The notes beneath the pieces were generated by a model. The model was not told where the DNA came from and made no database searches. It saw only the letters and a program-made list of their open reading frames with translations. This document shows, piece by piece, positions 9,379-17,974 of a stretch of 32,000 bases of DNA (position 1 is the first letter of the stretch; each line of letters starts with the position of its first letter). Both the position numbers and the translations under genes were made by a program. The stretch comes from Acaryochloris thomasi RCC1774 (GTDB lineage Bacteria > Cyanobacteriota > Cyanobacteriia > Thermosynechococcales > Thermosynechococcaceae): assembly GCF_003231495.1 (NCBI RefSeq), contig NZ_PQWO01000004.1, positions 210,001-242,000 of the forward strand. The letters run 5' to 3'.

Positions 9379-11070
9379 TTAGGATTTTTTGAGGGGCCAG
9401 AAGGGGAGATGTTGGGTCGGCTCCAATCGAATGCCTTTAACATTATCCTGGGCAAATGCGTACTCACGCCGCTGCCAGAGCGGAATATAGGGGACATCTT
9501 CCGCCACGATGTCTTGAATTTCTGCAAAAATCTTTTGTCGCTCCTGTGGATCTTGAGACTGGCGCTCTTGATCGATGAGTTGGTTCATGCGTTCTCGATA
9601 GTAAAACGACCCTTGCACAACCGTCGCTCCGGTCTGACAGCCCTCTTCTTCTGATCCTTTGCTGCAGGCTAAGAAGGGCTGGATATAGGTGTCAGGATCA
9701 TAAAAGTCTCCGGTGTAGTCGAGCATAAACAGGTTGTAACGCCCTTGATTTTGACTGATGTAAGCCTGTGCAGAGTCCATGCTCTCAAGATCTACGGTGA
9801 CCAAGCCATCAAGCTGTCGCTCTATTGATGATTTGATGGCTTGAGCGGCTGGAGCATCGCTCGGGACGTTACTGCGATAGCCAAGGGTCAGCTTGATGGA
9901 CTTGCTTTTGGAATAGCCTCCTGCTCTGAGCCGCTCCTTTGCCTGAGCTGCTGGGTTAATATCGGCGGCAGTCCGAAAAACAGACTTTGACTCTGGATAA
10001 ATACTGGGGATGAGGCTGTACAGTGGCTCTACCTGATCTCGAGAGATTCGATTTTGCAGACTTTGCCGGTCAATGACGAGAGCGATGGCCTGCCGTACTT
10101 CTATTTTGTTCAGCGGCGGATCTCGGAGGTTGAGGCTCAAGTAAGTGATGTTGCTGCCAGGACCGGTAATCGTTTGCCAGTCACCCGTTTGCTCTGCAGT
10201 ACTCACCAATACCCCGATTTGATCGGGGTTGAGGGATTGATAGGCAATATCCACTAGGCCGGAACGGAAGGCATTGTAGAGGCTGGCTGCGTTGTTGTAG
10301 CGTTTGACGGTGACGCTTTTGTTCTCAGGGGGGTCGCCCCAATACTGGTCAAAGGGGGTGAGCTTGAGGTTGTCTAGGGTATCGCTGGTCAGGCGATAGG
10401 GGCCTGTGCCTACAAATGTTGATCGCCGAAAGGTTTCGACCTGATCTGTATAGGCCTGGGGAGAAACGGGAGTCAGTCCCGAAAATGCAAGTAGGGCTGG
10501 GAAGGCGACAAAGGGCTTCTTTAAACGAATCTTGAGCTTATGAGATGCGATCTCATCTACTTTCTCTACCGTATCTGACAGCAGAAAGGAGGGCTGCCCG
10601 CCGTTATCAATAAACCGCTGCAGTGAAAAAGCCATCGCCTTGGCATCAAAAGGCGTCCCGTCATGGAACACAACATCTTGACGCAGATCGATTTGATACT
10701 CCAAACCATCCTCGCTAACCTCAGGCATTGCCGTTGCGAGCTGCGGCACAAGTTCGCCCTCTTTGTAGGTATAGAGGCGATCCCCGAGGTTGTAGAGCAA
10801 ATTGCCCGTGAACACTTTGTAGGCATCTGCCGGGTCCAGCGTGCGAATTTTGGCTGTGGTTCCCAGCGTCAGCGTACTAGTGATCGCGGGCGGACTAGTG
10901 CTTGGAGTCGGCGTCGGGCTGGGCGTTGGCGCAGAACTAAACCATTGGCGACAACCGACCGTCACGACCATGCAAAGACCGAATAAAGCGATAAGTAGCG
11001 GTCGCTGGAAAGCTGTGCTCCAGACGCTGCGACTCTGTAGTCTGCGTAACCATCGAGGGAGTTTTGCCAA
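9379..11070 (-). CDS. ABC transporter substrate-binding lipoprotein, family 5 (peptide/nickel type)
   Basis: 563 aa with a TTG start. A signal sequence with lipobox VTVGC is followed by a PT-rich linker (APTPSPTPTPSTSPP). Family-5 SBP-like body includes FHDGTPFDAKA and GTGPYRL. Confidence 0.88.
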   Translation of the reverse strand: MAKLPRWLRRLQSRSVWSTAFQRPLLIALFGLCMVVTVGCRQWFSSAPTPSPTPTPSTSPPAITSTLTLGTTAKIRTLDPADAYKVFTGNLLYNLGDRLYTYKEGELVPQLATAMPEVSEDGLEYQIDLRQDVVFHDGTPFDAKAMAFSLQRFIDNGGQPSFLLSDTVEKVDEIASHKLKIRLKKPFVAFPALLAFSGLTPVSPQAYTDQVETFRRSTFVGTGPYRLTSDTLDNLKLTPFDQYWGDPPENKSVTVKRYNNAASLYNAFRSGLVDIAYQSLNPDQIGVLVSTAEQTGDWQTITGPGSNITYLSLNLRDPPLNKIEVRQAIALVIDRQSLQNRISRDQVEPLYSLIPSIYPESKSVFRTAADINPAAQAKERLRAGGYSKSKSIKLTLGYRSNVPSDAPAAQAIKSSIERQLDGLVTVDLESMDSAQAYISQNQGRYNLFMLDYTGDFYDPDTYIQPFLACSKGSEEEGCQTGATVVQGSFYYRERMNQLIDQERQSQDPQERQKIFAEIQDIVAEDVPYIPLWQRREYAFAQDNVKGIRLEPTQHLPFWPLKKS

Positions 11071-11111
11071 GGGAATAATCGCTCCGATACGACTCTAGGC
11101 CAAATAGCACA

Positions 11112-11145
11112 ATACCGAGACGACCTGAATCAGCAGTCTCGGTAT
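11112..11145 (-). terminator. 10-bp stem hairpin downstream of the Pro-rich lipoprotein gene
   Basis: ATACCGAGAC (11112-11121), 14-nt loop, GTCTCGGTAT (11136-11145). It lies 76 nt after the stop at 11221. Only a weak T-run follows on the minus strand. Confidence 0.35.
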
Positions 11146-11220
11146 GGGTTGCTTAGCTATTGTATCGGGGAGTCTTACCCTTTTGTACTCAGAAAGGACG
11201 ACCCAAGCCTGAGGCTCGGA

Positions 11221-12018
11221 CTAGTTCAATCCGACTTTATACAAGCCCCGAACGGGAGCCTGAGAGCTGGCAGACGCGAGCACAATAGGCTCTTGACCAA
11301 CGCCGATGGCAACTTCCATGCCGGCCTCTTCAAAAATGGCCTTAGGCGCAACGGGGTTGCTCATGTCGAAGCCCTTCAGCAGAACCCGACCGTTAGCAAC
11401 CCGATCGCCGGAGCTGATCGTGCGAGCGGTCTTCTCTTCCGGTGCCTGGACGATGGCTTGCGGTCTGCCAGCCATCACGACAATTCCCTGAACCTGAACT
11501 TCTTTTGCCGCCGTAGGTTCGGGGGCTGGTAAAGGGGGAAGCACCGCTTTACCCGGAGAAGTACTCGGTGACGATTTAGGAGTAGCCGTACTGGGTGGGC
11601 TGAGGCGAGTGCTGCTGCCCCGCGTGGCTGCTGTCGACCTTGTTGTTGGTCTAGCACCTGGCGCTGTCCGCCCGCCGCTGCCGCCTGCGCTGGGACGAAC
11701 GCCAGAACCAGGGCGACTTTGAGGCTGAGCTGGCGAAACCAAAGGACGGAAGGGATCGGCCCGACCGCTCTGGATGGTGCGCACCCGTTCTTCAGGATCT
11801 GTTGGACGGATCAGGGCCACGGTGGCCGGGGCTGTTGTGCTCTGATCCACTGCAGCGATCGAGACAACCTCTGGAACTGATGTCGCCTCTACAGTGTCAG
11901 ACGGCACAGCTTTTGTATCTTTTGAAATGGCATTTGACTTTAGCTCACTGCCAGAATTGCATCCACTTAAAGCTATTGCCAGGAGCGTTAAGGTTACTCC
12001 AACTGCAGATCGACGCAT
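11221..12018 (-). CDS. Pro/Ser/Thr/Ala-rich lipoprotein with a PilP/GspC-like C-terminal beta domain (function unknown)
   Basis: The ATG at 12018 is preceded by AAGGAGGAG with a 5-nt spacer, so it is preferred over the ORF-track start at 12039. Signal peptide with lipobox LSGC. A ~130-aa low-complexity P/S/T/A/R region follows. C-terminus is VQVQGIVVMAGRPQAIVQAPEEKTARTISSGDRVANGRVLLKGF.... Confidence 0.7.
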   Translation of the reverse strand: MRRSAVGVTLTLLAIALSGCNSGSELKSNAISKDTKAVPSDTVEATSVPEVVSIAAVDQSTTAPATVALIRPTDPEERVRTIQSGRADPFRPLVSPAQPQSRPGSGVRPSAGGSGGRTAPGARPTTRSTAATRGSSTRLSPPSTATPKSSPSTSPGKAVLPPLPAPEPTAAKEVQVQGIVVMAGRPQAIVQAPEEKTARTISSGDRVANGRVLLKGFDMSNPVAPKAIFEEAGMEVAIGVGQEPIVLASASSQAPVRGLYKVGLN

Positions 12019-12247
12019 CTGCTCCTCCTTAAAGGTCACATCTAAAAAACTAACTGAAATATTCCCGATCAGCCAGTGACGGGCTTGAGAACTGGCTTTG
12101 CGCGATCAAGATCGCACCCCCAATCTAGAACCAGCTTTGTTTGACCGTACAATGCAGTCTAGATGTTAGCTCCATTGTACTCATGTCATTGAACAGCTTG
12201 GTCGCAATAATGGGCAGGGTCAACGGAGACCTGTACCTCTCAGGGAA

Positions 12248-13891
12248 ATGAGTAAGCAGCAGGGCAAGGTAGATATTGTTGGTGCTGGACCTGGGGGTCT
12301 AGCCTATCTAACCTTGGCTGGGAAAAGCCTGATTGTTCAGGCCGAGGTTCTTATTTATGATGCCCTGATCCATTCCGAAATATTAACTTTGGCGACAGAA
12401 GACTGTGTGCGTTTGTCAGTCGGCAAACGGGGAGGGCAGCCGAGCACGCCACAGGACCAGATTAACCAGCTTCTGGTCGAGCAGTGTCAGCAAGGTAAAC
12501 GGGTGGTGCGCTTAAAGTGCGGCGATCCTTTCATTTTTGGACGAACAGCGGCTGAGTTGCAGATGTTGAAAAGACATGGCTGTGCGGCCCAGGTGTGGCC
12601 GGGACTCTCTTCTGTGTTTACGGCTCCTTTGCTGGCGGGCATTCCGCTTACAGATGCGCGATTGAGCGGAAGTTTTGTCGTCATCAGTGGTCACGCGCCT
12701 GATCTCATCAACTGGTCGGCAGTGGCGCACATAGAGACTCTGGTGATTTTGATGGGCACCCAGACTTTATCGACAATCATTGAGCAGCTTTTGCGGCAGG
12801 GGCAAGATCCAGCCCGCCCCATCGCAATTATTCGTCGGGGTGGATGGCCGCAGCAGCAGGTTTGGGTGGGAACACTGGCAACAATTGAGCCGCAAATCCA
12901 AGGTGAAGTGCTGTCTCCGGCGGTTATTGTTGTGGGTGAGGTGGTCACTCTACGATCATCCTTGGAGGTTGCGGCTCCCAGCCATCTTCAATCTGCCGAG
13001 GATTTCAAGCGGGTGTCGCCAGCCAATGATGTCCTGCTGTCACGTTCTCTATCCATGACTGATGCCAATCGACCGCTTGCGGGTAAAACAGTCCTTGTGA
13101 CGCGCTCGGCGTCTCAGGCGAAAGGGTTTTGCGATCGCATCTCTACTGCCGGAGCCACGGTCCTAGAGATGCCCGCTATCGAGATTGTTCCGCCTTCTGA
13201 CTGGAGTGAATTGGATGATGCGATCGCAACCCTAGAAAAATTCCACTGGTTGATTCTCACCTCTGCCAACGGCGTCAACTACTTCTTAGATCGGCTAATC
13301 GAGAATGGGAAAGACTTGCGATCGCTCAGTCACCTCAAAATTGCTGTTGTGGGTCGCAAAACCGCCACCACCCTCAAAGAGAGAGGACTGCAGGCTGACT
13401 TTATCCCTCCCAGCTTTGTGGCCGACTCCCTAGTCGAACATTTCCCGCAGCAAGATCTTCGCGATCTACCCATGCTGTTCCCAAGGGTTGAAACCGGAGG
13501 GCGTGACGTATTGGTTGCTCAGTTCAAAGCTCAGGGGGCAGACATCACCGAAGCCCCTGCCTATCAATCACAGTGTACCCGCAGCATCAGCCCCTCAGTG
13601 CTAGAAGCGCTGCAGACGCGGTCTGTTGACGTGATTACCTTTGCCAGCTCTAAGACCGTTCAGTGCTTCTGTCAGCTTTTGCAGCATACCGCCACGGCTG
13701 CAGGACAAAACTGGCTGCAGTGGATTCAACAGGCTCAGATTGCCTCCATCGGTCCCCAAACCTCTGCCACCTGTGAACAGCTTCTGGGACGGGTCGATGT
13801 AGAAGCGTCAGAATATACGCTAGAAGGTCTAATACAAAGCATCTTGGATCACTGCATCAAGCCTGAAGCCAACATCTTGAATAAAGAATAG
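12248..13891 (+). CDS. cobA: Fused uroporphyrinogen-III C-methyltransferase / uroporphyrinogen-III synthase (CobA/HemD)
   Basis: The N-terminal ~245 aa is a tetrapyrrole methylase (VDIVGAGPGGLAYLTL, VVRLKCGDPFIFGR). The C-terminal ~270 aa is HemD-like (LAGKTVLVTRSASQA..., LILTSANGV, ITFASSKTV). Confidence 0.9.
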   Translation: MSKQQGKVDIVGAGPGGLAYLTLAGKSLIVQAEVLIYDALIHSEILTLATEDCVRLSVGKRGGQPSTPQDQINQLLVEQCQQGKRVVRLKCGDPFIFGRTAAELQMLKRHGCAAQVWPGLSSVFTAPLLAGIPLTDARLSGSFVVISGHAPDLINWSAVAHIETLVILMGTQTLSTIIEQLLRQGQDPARPIAIIRRGGWPQQQVWVGTLATIEPQIQGEVLSPAVIVVGEVVTLRSSLEVAAPSHLQSAEDFKRVSPANDVLLSRSLSMTDANRPLAGKTVLVTRSASQAKGFCDRISTAGATVLEMPAIEIVPPSDWSELDDAIATLEKFHWLILTSANGVNYFLDRLIENGKDLRSLSHLKIAVVGRKTATTLKERGLQADFIPPSFVADSLVEHFPQQDLRDLPMLFPRVETGGRDVLVAQFKAQGADITEAPAYQSQCTRSISPSVLEALQTRSVDVITFASSKTVQCFCQLLQHTATAAGQNWLQWIQQAQIASIGPQTSATCEQLLGRVDVEASEYTLEGLIQSILDHCIKPEANILNKE

Positions 13892-13916
13892 TGAACCTAA
13901 CTTTTTGCAGTGATTT

Positions 13917-13938
13917 AGATCACAGTAGTCTGTGATCT
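13917..13938. terminator. Perfect 9-bp hairpin between the convergent cobA/hemD and GHL10-like genes
   Basis: AGATCACAG, loop TAGT, CTGTGATCT. There is no adjacent U-tract, so a terminator role is uncertain. Confidence 0.3.
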
Positions 13939-14056
13939 CTAGCACAGCGACCCGTCACCCCGGCCGTCATGATACTTATGCCTTCTATAAGGTATACGCA
14001 ATACAAAACAGGGATTGTCAGATGTGGCGGTCCTTTTTTCTATGCTTTTGACGAAA

Positions 14057-15295
14057 TCAGGAATCCTGCACACTCTTTGAAACCAGGCGATTGACGTTGG
14101 CCGCAGTGGTCTCGGGCTTGCCGGAGAGCGGAAAAACCAACACGCTCTTAATGGCTTTATTCTCGATCAGCTCGGGTAGACGATGGAGCTGATTGTCGGT
14201 GATCGCAATGCCTGCATGTTTTCTGGCATATTCTAGCTCCTTGTCAAAATTAGCCTCGTTATAGGCCTGCACAAAGACGCGGTCCACATCCCAGTTTTTC
14301 CAGTCAGCAGCGAAATATCGTTTGGACCAGTAGGGGTTGTGGTGACAGAGATCGAAGCTCACATCAGGATTGACCTTTTTCATCGCCTGAATCATCGCTT
14401 GAGAAAATTTAGTCAGACTTTCTGTTCGATCGACATCTCCAGGGAGTTCGGCATGGTAGCCCAAGTAGTCGTCCCACTGAACCGCATCAATGGTGGGATA
14501 CTTTTGAGCAAACTCAGCCAGGATATCCCTGAAAAAATCAGACACCTCAGGATTTGCTACGTCTAGGACATGATGTTCGACATTACTGTAGGTGCGGTCA
14601 ATACCAGGAACCGTCCATTTCTGTGACATGGCTAAATCGAAAAGCGGACTGTTTTTATCGATCTTGATGCCTTTCTCAAAATAGGCATGAACCTGCATAT
14701 CTTGCTTATGGGCTTCATCTATGAGCCAGTCTAGCCACTGAGCTTGAAACTTATTGGGGCAGCTATCGTAGCCGAGCTTTTTTGCCATCACCTTGCTCTT
14801 GTACATGGTGCAGGCATTCCCCCAAACGCCGTGGAGAATGGTGTTAAATCCCTGGGAACGGTAGTAGCGGACTCTTTCGCGAATGGTTTCTTCCGAGGCG
14901 TTGTTGGTGACTTGATAGCGGCTCAGATAAATTCCTCGCATCTCTTTTTGATACCAAGGTGACTGAGGCTGGTCTCTCTCCTGCGGTGGCTTTGCTGTGA
15001 TCGTCTCGGGTGCCTTCTCAATCTCAGGTGGATCTGTGGCCGGAAGAATGGCGGTGGGGAGCGGCGTTGGCACCGGGGGCACTGCAGGAGTTGATGGATT
15101 TAGATTGACGGTTAGATCTAGAACCGGAAGCGTGAGGGTTTGATCGGGGGGGACGTATCGGCTGATCTCTCGATTTTGCGGTTGACTGAACCACCAATAT
15201 CCAGCCCCTAAGAAGAGCAGAATGACGGAGAAGGGAATACTGCCGCATCCGCAACCTTGGGGTTCTTTCTTTTGGCTCGCCATAATTCCGTTCAC
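14057..15295 (-). CDS. Glycoside-hydrolase-like protein (GHL10/DUF187, YngK-type) with an N-terminal membrane anchor and Pro-rich linker
   Basis: 412-aa ORF. GTG at 15295; an ATG at 15283 is a likely alternative start. TM segment is IPFSVILLFLGAGYWWF. P-rich spacer, then a TIM-barrel-like body: MRGIYLSRY..., GFNTILHGVWGNACTMYKS, DMQVHAYFEKG, DAVQWDDYLGY. Confidence 0.7.
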   Translation of the reverse strand: MNGIMASQKKEPQGCGCGSIPFSVILLFLGAGYWWFSQPQNREISRYVPPDQTLTLPVLDLTVNLNPSTPAVPPVPTPLPTAILPATDPPEIEKAPETITAKPPQERDQPQSPWYQKEMRGIYLSRYQVTNNASEETIRERVRYYRSQGFNTILHGVWGNACTMYKSKVMAKKLGYDSCPNKFQAQWLDWLIDEAHKQDMQVHAYFEKGIKIDKNSPLFDLAMSQKWTVPGIDRTYSNVEHHVLDVANPEVSDFFRDILAEFAQKYPTIDAVQWDDYLGYHAELPGDVDRTESLTKFSQAMIQAMKKVNPDVSFDLCHHNPYWSKRYFAADWKNWDVDRVFVQAYNEANFDKELEYARKHAGIAITDNQLHRLPELIENKAIKSVLVFPLSGKPETTAANVNRLVSKSVQDS

Positions 15296-15343
15296 CCTAG
15301 ATATTTTGTCGCTGGCTGTAGGAAAGCGTATCTCAACCAGTCC

Positions 15344-16096
15344 TTACTTTTGGACGCTCTTAAAAAAGGGCTGAGCTTGAAACTTCAGGCCTCCAGCAAT
15401 CAAAACGGTGGGGAAATCTCGTAGTGACTGATTGTAGATCTGGACTGCTTGGTTGTAGCGCATCCGCTCAGTGGCCATTCGGTTCTCGGTTCCGGCAATT
15501 TCGTACTGCAGGTTGATGAACAGTTCGTTGGATTGAAGGGAGGGATTGCGAGCGGTGATAGTTTGGAAGTTTGCGATCGCATCTTTCACCCCCCCATCTG
15601 CAGCCTGCTTCTGGGCAATCGTTTCCGCATTAAGAAAAGCAGTCTGGGCCTTCGCTAGCTCTTGAATCATCTGCTGTTCTGAACTGGCGTAGGACTGCGC
15701 CACCTGCGTTAGCTGTGGAATCAAATCAGCACGGCGCTGCATCTGGTTTTCTACCTGTGCCCATTTACCTTCGACGGTGGATTTTGAGGCGTTGAGAGAA
15801 TTGTAGGTTGCGCCAAACCAGATGGTTCCGAGGAGAGGGAGGAGAGTTGCGATCGCACCTCCGATCATCAAATACTGCCGCTGTTGTGTCTGACGCCGCT
15901 TTGCATCCTCCTGCTCTCGCTGAAGCTGTCTGTATGCCTGTTGAATCAGCTCGGCTGGAATCTGAGCTTCTGAACCTGCATCCATCAGTTCCTCAAGGGA
16001 GTAGCCCTCAGGGCCAGTATTCTGTAGATAAAGCTGGCCTGCCTTTTCTAGCACGACAGGAACGAGTTCTTCAGGAATGACGTTTTTAGAATTCAT
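15344..16096 (-). CDS. lemA: LemA family protein with a ~74-aa N-terminal cytoplasmic extension
   Basis: The ATG at 16096 is preferred; the ORF-track start at 16108 is a TTG. One TM (YLMIGGAIATLLPLLGTIWF). LemA core: GKWAQVENQMQRRADLIPQLTQVAQSYASSEQ...NRMATERMRYNQAVQIYNQSLRDFP. Confidence 0.9.
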   Translation of the reverse strand: MNSKNVIPEELVPVVLEKAGQLYLQNTGPEGYSLEELMDAGSEAQIPAELIQQAYRQLQREQEDAKRRQTQQRQYLMIGGAIATLLPLLGTIWFGATYNSLNASKSTVEGKWAQVENQMQRRADLIPQLTQVAQSYASSEQQMIQELAKAQTAFLNAETIAQKQAADGGVKDAIANFQTITARNPSLQSNELFINLQYEIAGTENRMATERMRYNQAVQIYNQSLRDFPTVLIAGGLKFQAQPFFKSVQK

Positions 16097-16146
16097 AGCA
16101 GGAAGCAAAATGGGTTAGCAAATCGAAATTAAAGAGAATCGGAGCA

Positions 16147-17871
16147 CTACCAGCTCCCGCCCGCACCACCGCCACCGCTGCTGCCCCCGCCGAAACTGGA
16201 GCCGCTGGAAGAACTACTGGAAGAACTACTGGAAGAGCTGGAAGAACTCGATGAGCTATAGCTATAGCTGCTGTAACTACTAGAAGAGCTGGAAGAAGAG
16301 CTAGAGCGGCGCGGAATAGCCACTCGTTTTTCAATTGTTTTGTCACAGCAGGCACAGTGTCTCGTCACCAGTCTTTCTCCCTCCACACGGGTTGTCGCAG
16401 GTGTGAGAACTTTTGATATTTTCGTCACTGTGAGGGCATCACAGTCGCTGCAGCGCTCAAATTTCTGGGACCGCATGACTTCAGAGAACAGGTGCAGATC
16501 AAAGCCATCCTGAGCCAGAACAGGACTGCAGGCCGGACACTGCCAACCTTCGTAAATCGTACTTTTGATTTTCTTCGCCGCTTGTTCTGCTGGCTTGAGA
16601 CGCTGTTGTAGAGCATCTTCCGCGAGGGGCTGCATGGGGCCATCGCACGATAAACACAGAACTTCGTTATGCTCACAGAGCGATCGCAACAGCCGTAGTG
16701 ACCCCGCACAGGCACCACCAAAAGCCGCCAAAAACAAGGAGGGTAGGAAAAAGAACTCCTCGAAGATGCTAAATATCACGAGCATCATAAACAAAGCTAC
16801 GAAACTAAACGTAAAGAGCGTAACCATAACGGTCTTTAGTGCTTTTCTTCCCTTAATATCGCGTTTAGCGCAGCACCAAAGCTCATAGCCGAACCAGGCC
16901 CAAATGAGCAGAAGCTTCAGCAGTATGCCTCCTGCAATTATGGAGGACACAACCCAAAGCCCCGCAAAAAGGCCAAACAAGGTCCACCAGCCTTGAAACA
17001 CTGTTCGGGTTGGATTAAGAACAATACCCAGCTTGAGGGGGCGTCGCTCTGTACCCTCCAAAGGCGAGCAGTCTCCGGCTAACCAACGGAGGCCCGCCAC
17101 CCACTGCCCTCTCCAGTCATCCGTTTTTACAGAGACTGTGCGCCCCAGCGGCGCAACTAAAATAGCCTGCTGCCCTCCCTTGAGCATTCTCTTTAGCTGC
17201 GCAGCTACGATGGCGACGAATACTACGGCCACAGCATTTGCACTGCTAAATAGCCCGCCTGTGTATCGATTGATTTGCTCTAAGGGTGTCGGTGGCTCAA
17301 AGATTTCGTTCTCTAACAAGGCGATCAGGGCTTGGGTTCCGTTGACGATACCCTCATCAAAGTTGCCCTGCTTAAACTGTGGCGTCACTTCAAGCCTTAT
17401 GATTTTGCCCACCCTTGCATCGGGTAAGATTCCTTCTACGCCATAGCCTGTTTCGATTTCCGTGCGGCGATCGCCCTTAGAAACCATAAACAAAACCCCA
17501 TTGTCTACCCCTTTTTTGCCAATTCCCCAGGTCTTGAATAGCTCTGTTGTGAACGTTTTGGGCGATGCTGAGGGCTGCGTATCCGGTACGGTGACCACCG
17601 CAATCTCTGCACCATTGGTGGCTTCCAGGGCTGAGAGCATCTGATTGAGCTGATCTTCACTGCTGGGACTGAGCAGATTGGCCATATCTGTGACCCAGAC
17701 GTTGTTTTGACGCGGGTTGGGAACGGCAGACACTTCAATGGCTTGGCTGGGAACAAGCGATGACAGTAAGAAGCTGAGACCTAGGCCCAAGGCAAAGGTC
17801 GGCAAGATGCGATAGCAATATCTCAATTGGTTTAGAAGCACGGTTGCAGAAATAGAGTGTTCGAGAGGCAA
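16147..17871 (-). CDS. TPM-domain membrane protein, paralogue B (signal anchor, TPM, about 5 TM, double CxxC zinc-ribbon-like module, poly-Ser, Gly tail)
   Basis: The TPM/YgcG core is WVTDMANLLS...GAEIAVVTVPD...FTTELFKTWGIGKKGVDNGVLFMVSKGDRRTEIETGYG...LPDARVG. The C-terminus GGGSSGGGGAGGSW is the hallmark YgcG-type tail. The start is uncertain: TTG at 17871 or GTG at 17841. There is no ATG before the signal peptide. Confidence 0.85.
   Translation of the reverse strand: MPLEHSISATVLLNQLRYCYRILPTFALGLGLSFLLSSLVPSQAIEVSAVPNPRQNNVWVTDMANLLSPSSEDQLNQMLSALEATNGAEIAVVTVPDTQPSASPKTFTTELFKTWGIGKKGVDNGVLFMVSKGDRRTEIETGYGVEGILPDARVGKIIRLEVTPQFKQGNFDEGIVNGTQALIALLENEIFEPPTPLEQINRYTGGLFSSANAVAVVFVAIVAAQLKRMLKGGQQAILVAPLGRTVSVKTDDWRGQWVAGLRWLAGDCSPLEGTERRPLKLGIVLNPTRTVFQGWWTLFGLFAGLWVVSSIIAGGILLKLLLIWAWFGYELWCCAKRDIKGRKALKTVMVTLFTFSFVALFMMLVIFSIFEEFFFLPSLFLAAFGGACAGSLRLLRSLCEHNEVLCLSCDGPMQPLAEDALQQRLKPAEQAAKKIKSTIYEGWQCPACSPVLAQDGFDLHLFSEVMRSQKFERCSDCDALTVTKISKVLTPATTRVEGERLVTRHCACCDKTIEKRVAIPRRSSSSSSSSSSYSSYSYSSSSSSSSSSSSSSSSSSGSSFGGGSSGGGGAGGSW
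16150..16311 (-). repeat. Low-complexity Ser/Tyr/Gly-coding tract at the 3' end of TPM paralogue B
   Basis: It encodes RRS10YSSYSYS19GSSFGGGSSGGGGAGGSW. The DNA contains a tandem GGAAGAACTACT x2 and related GGAAGAGCT units. Confidence 0.7.
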
Positions 17872-17974
17872 AGAAAAACTGCTGAGTCAAGATGACAAGC
17901 TAGTTCTAGGGTTCCCCAGATCGAAGCTGTACTTGAGGAACTGCAATTTTGCAAAATTGAGCATCGCCTTGTCG

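Noticed and set aside
9276-12079. Many 60-127-aa ORFs overlapping the ABC genes and the Pro-rich lipoprotein gene, for example 9276..9527, 9334..9654, 10663..10986, 10841..11098, 11149..11532, 11475..11657, 11802..12032
   Set aside because: These are alternative or antisense frames of GC-rich, low-complexity coding sequence. None has an RBS or recognisable domains.
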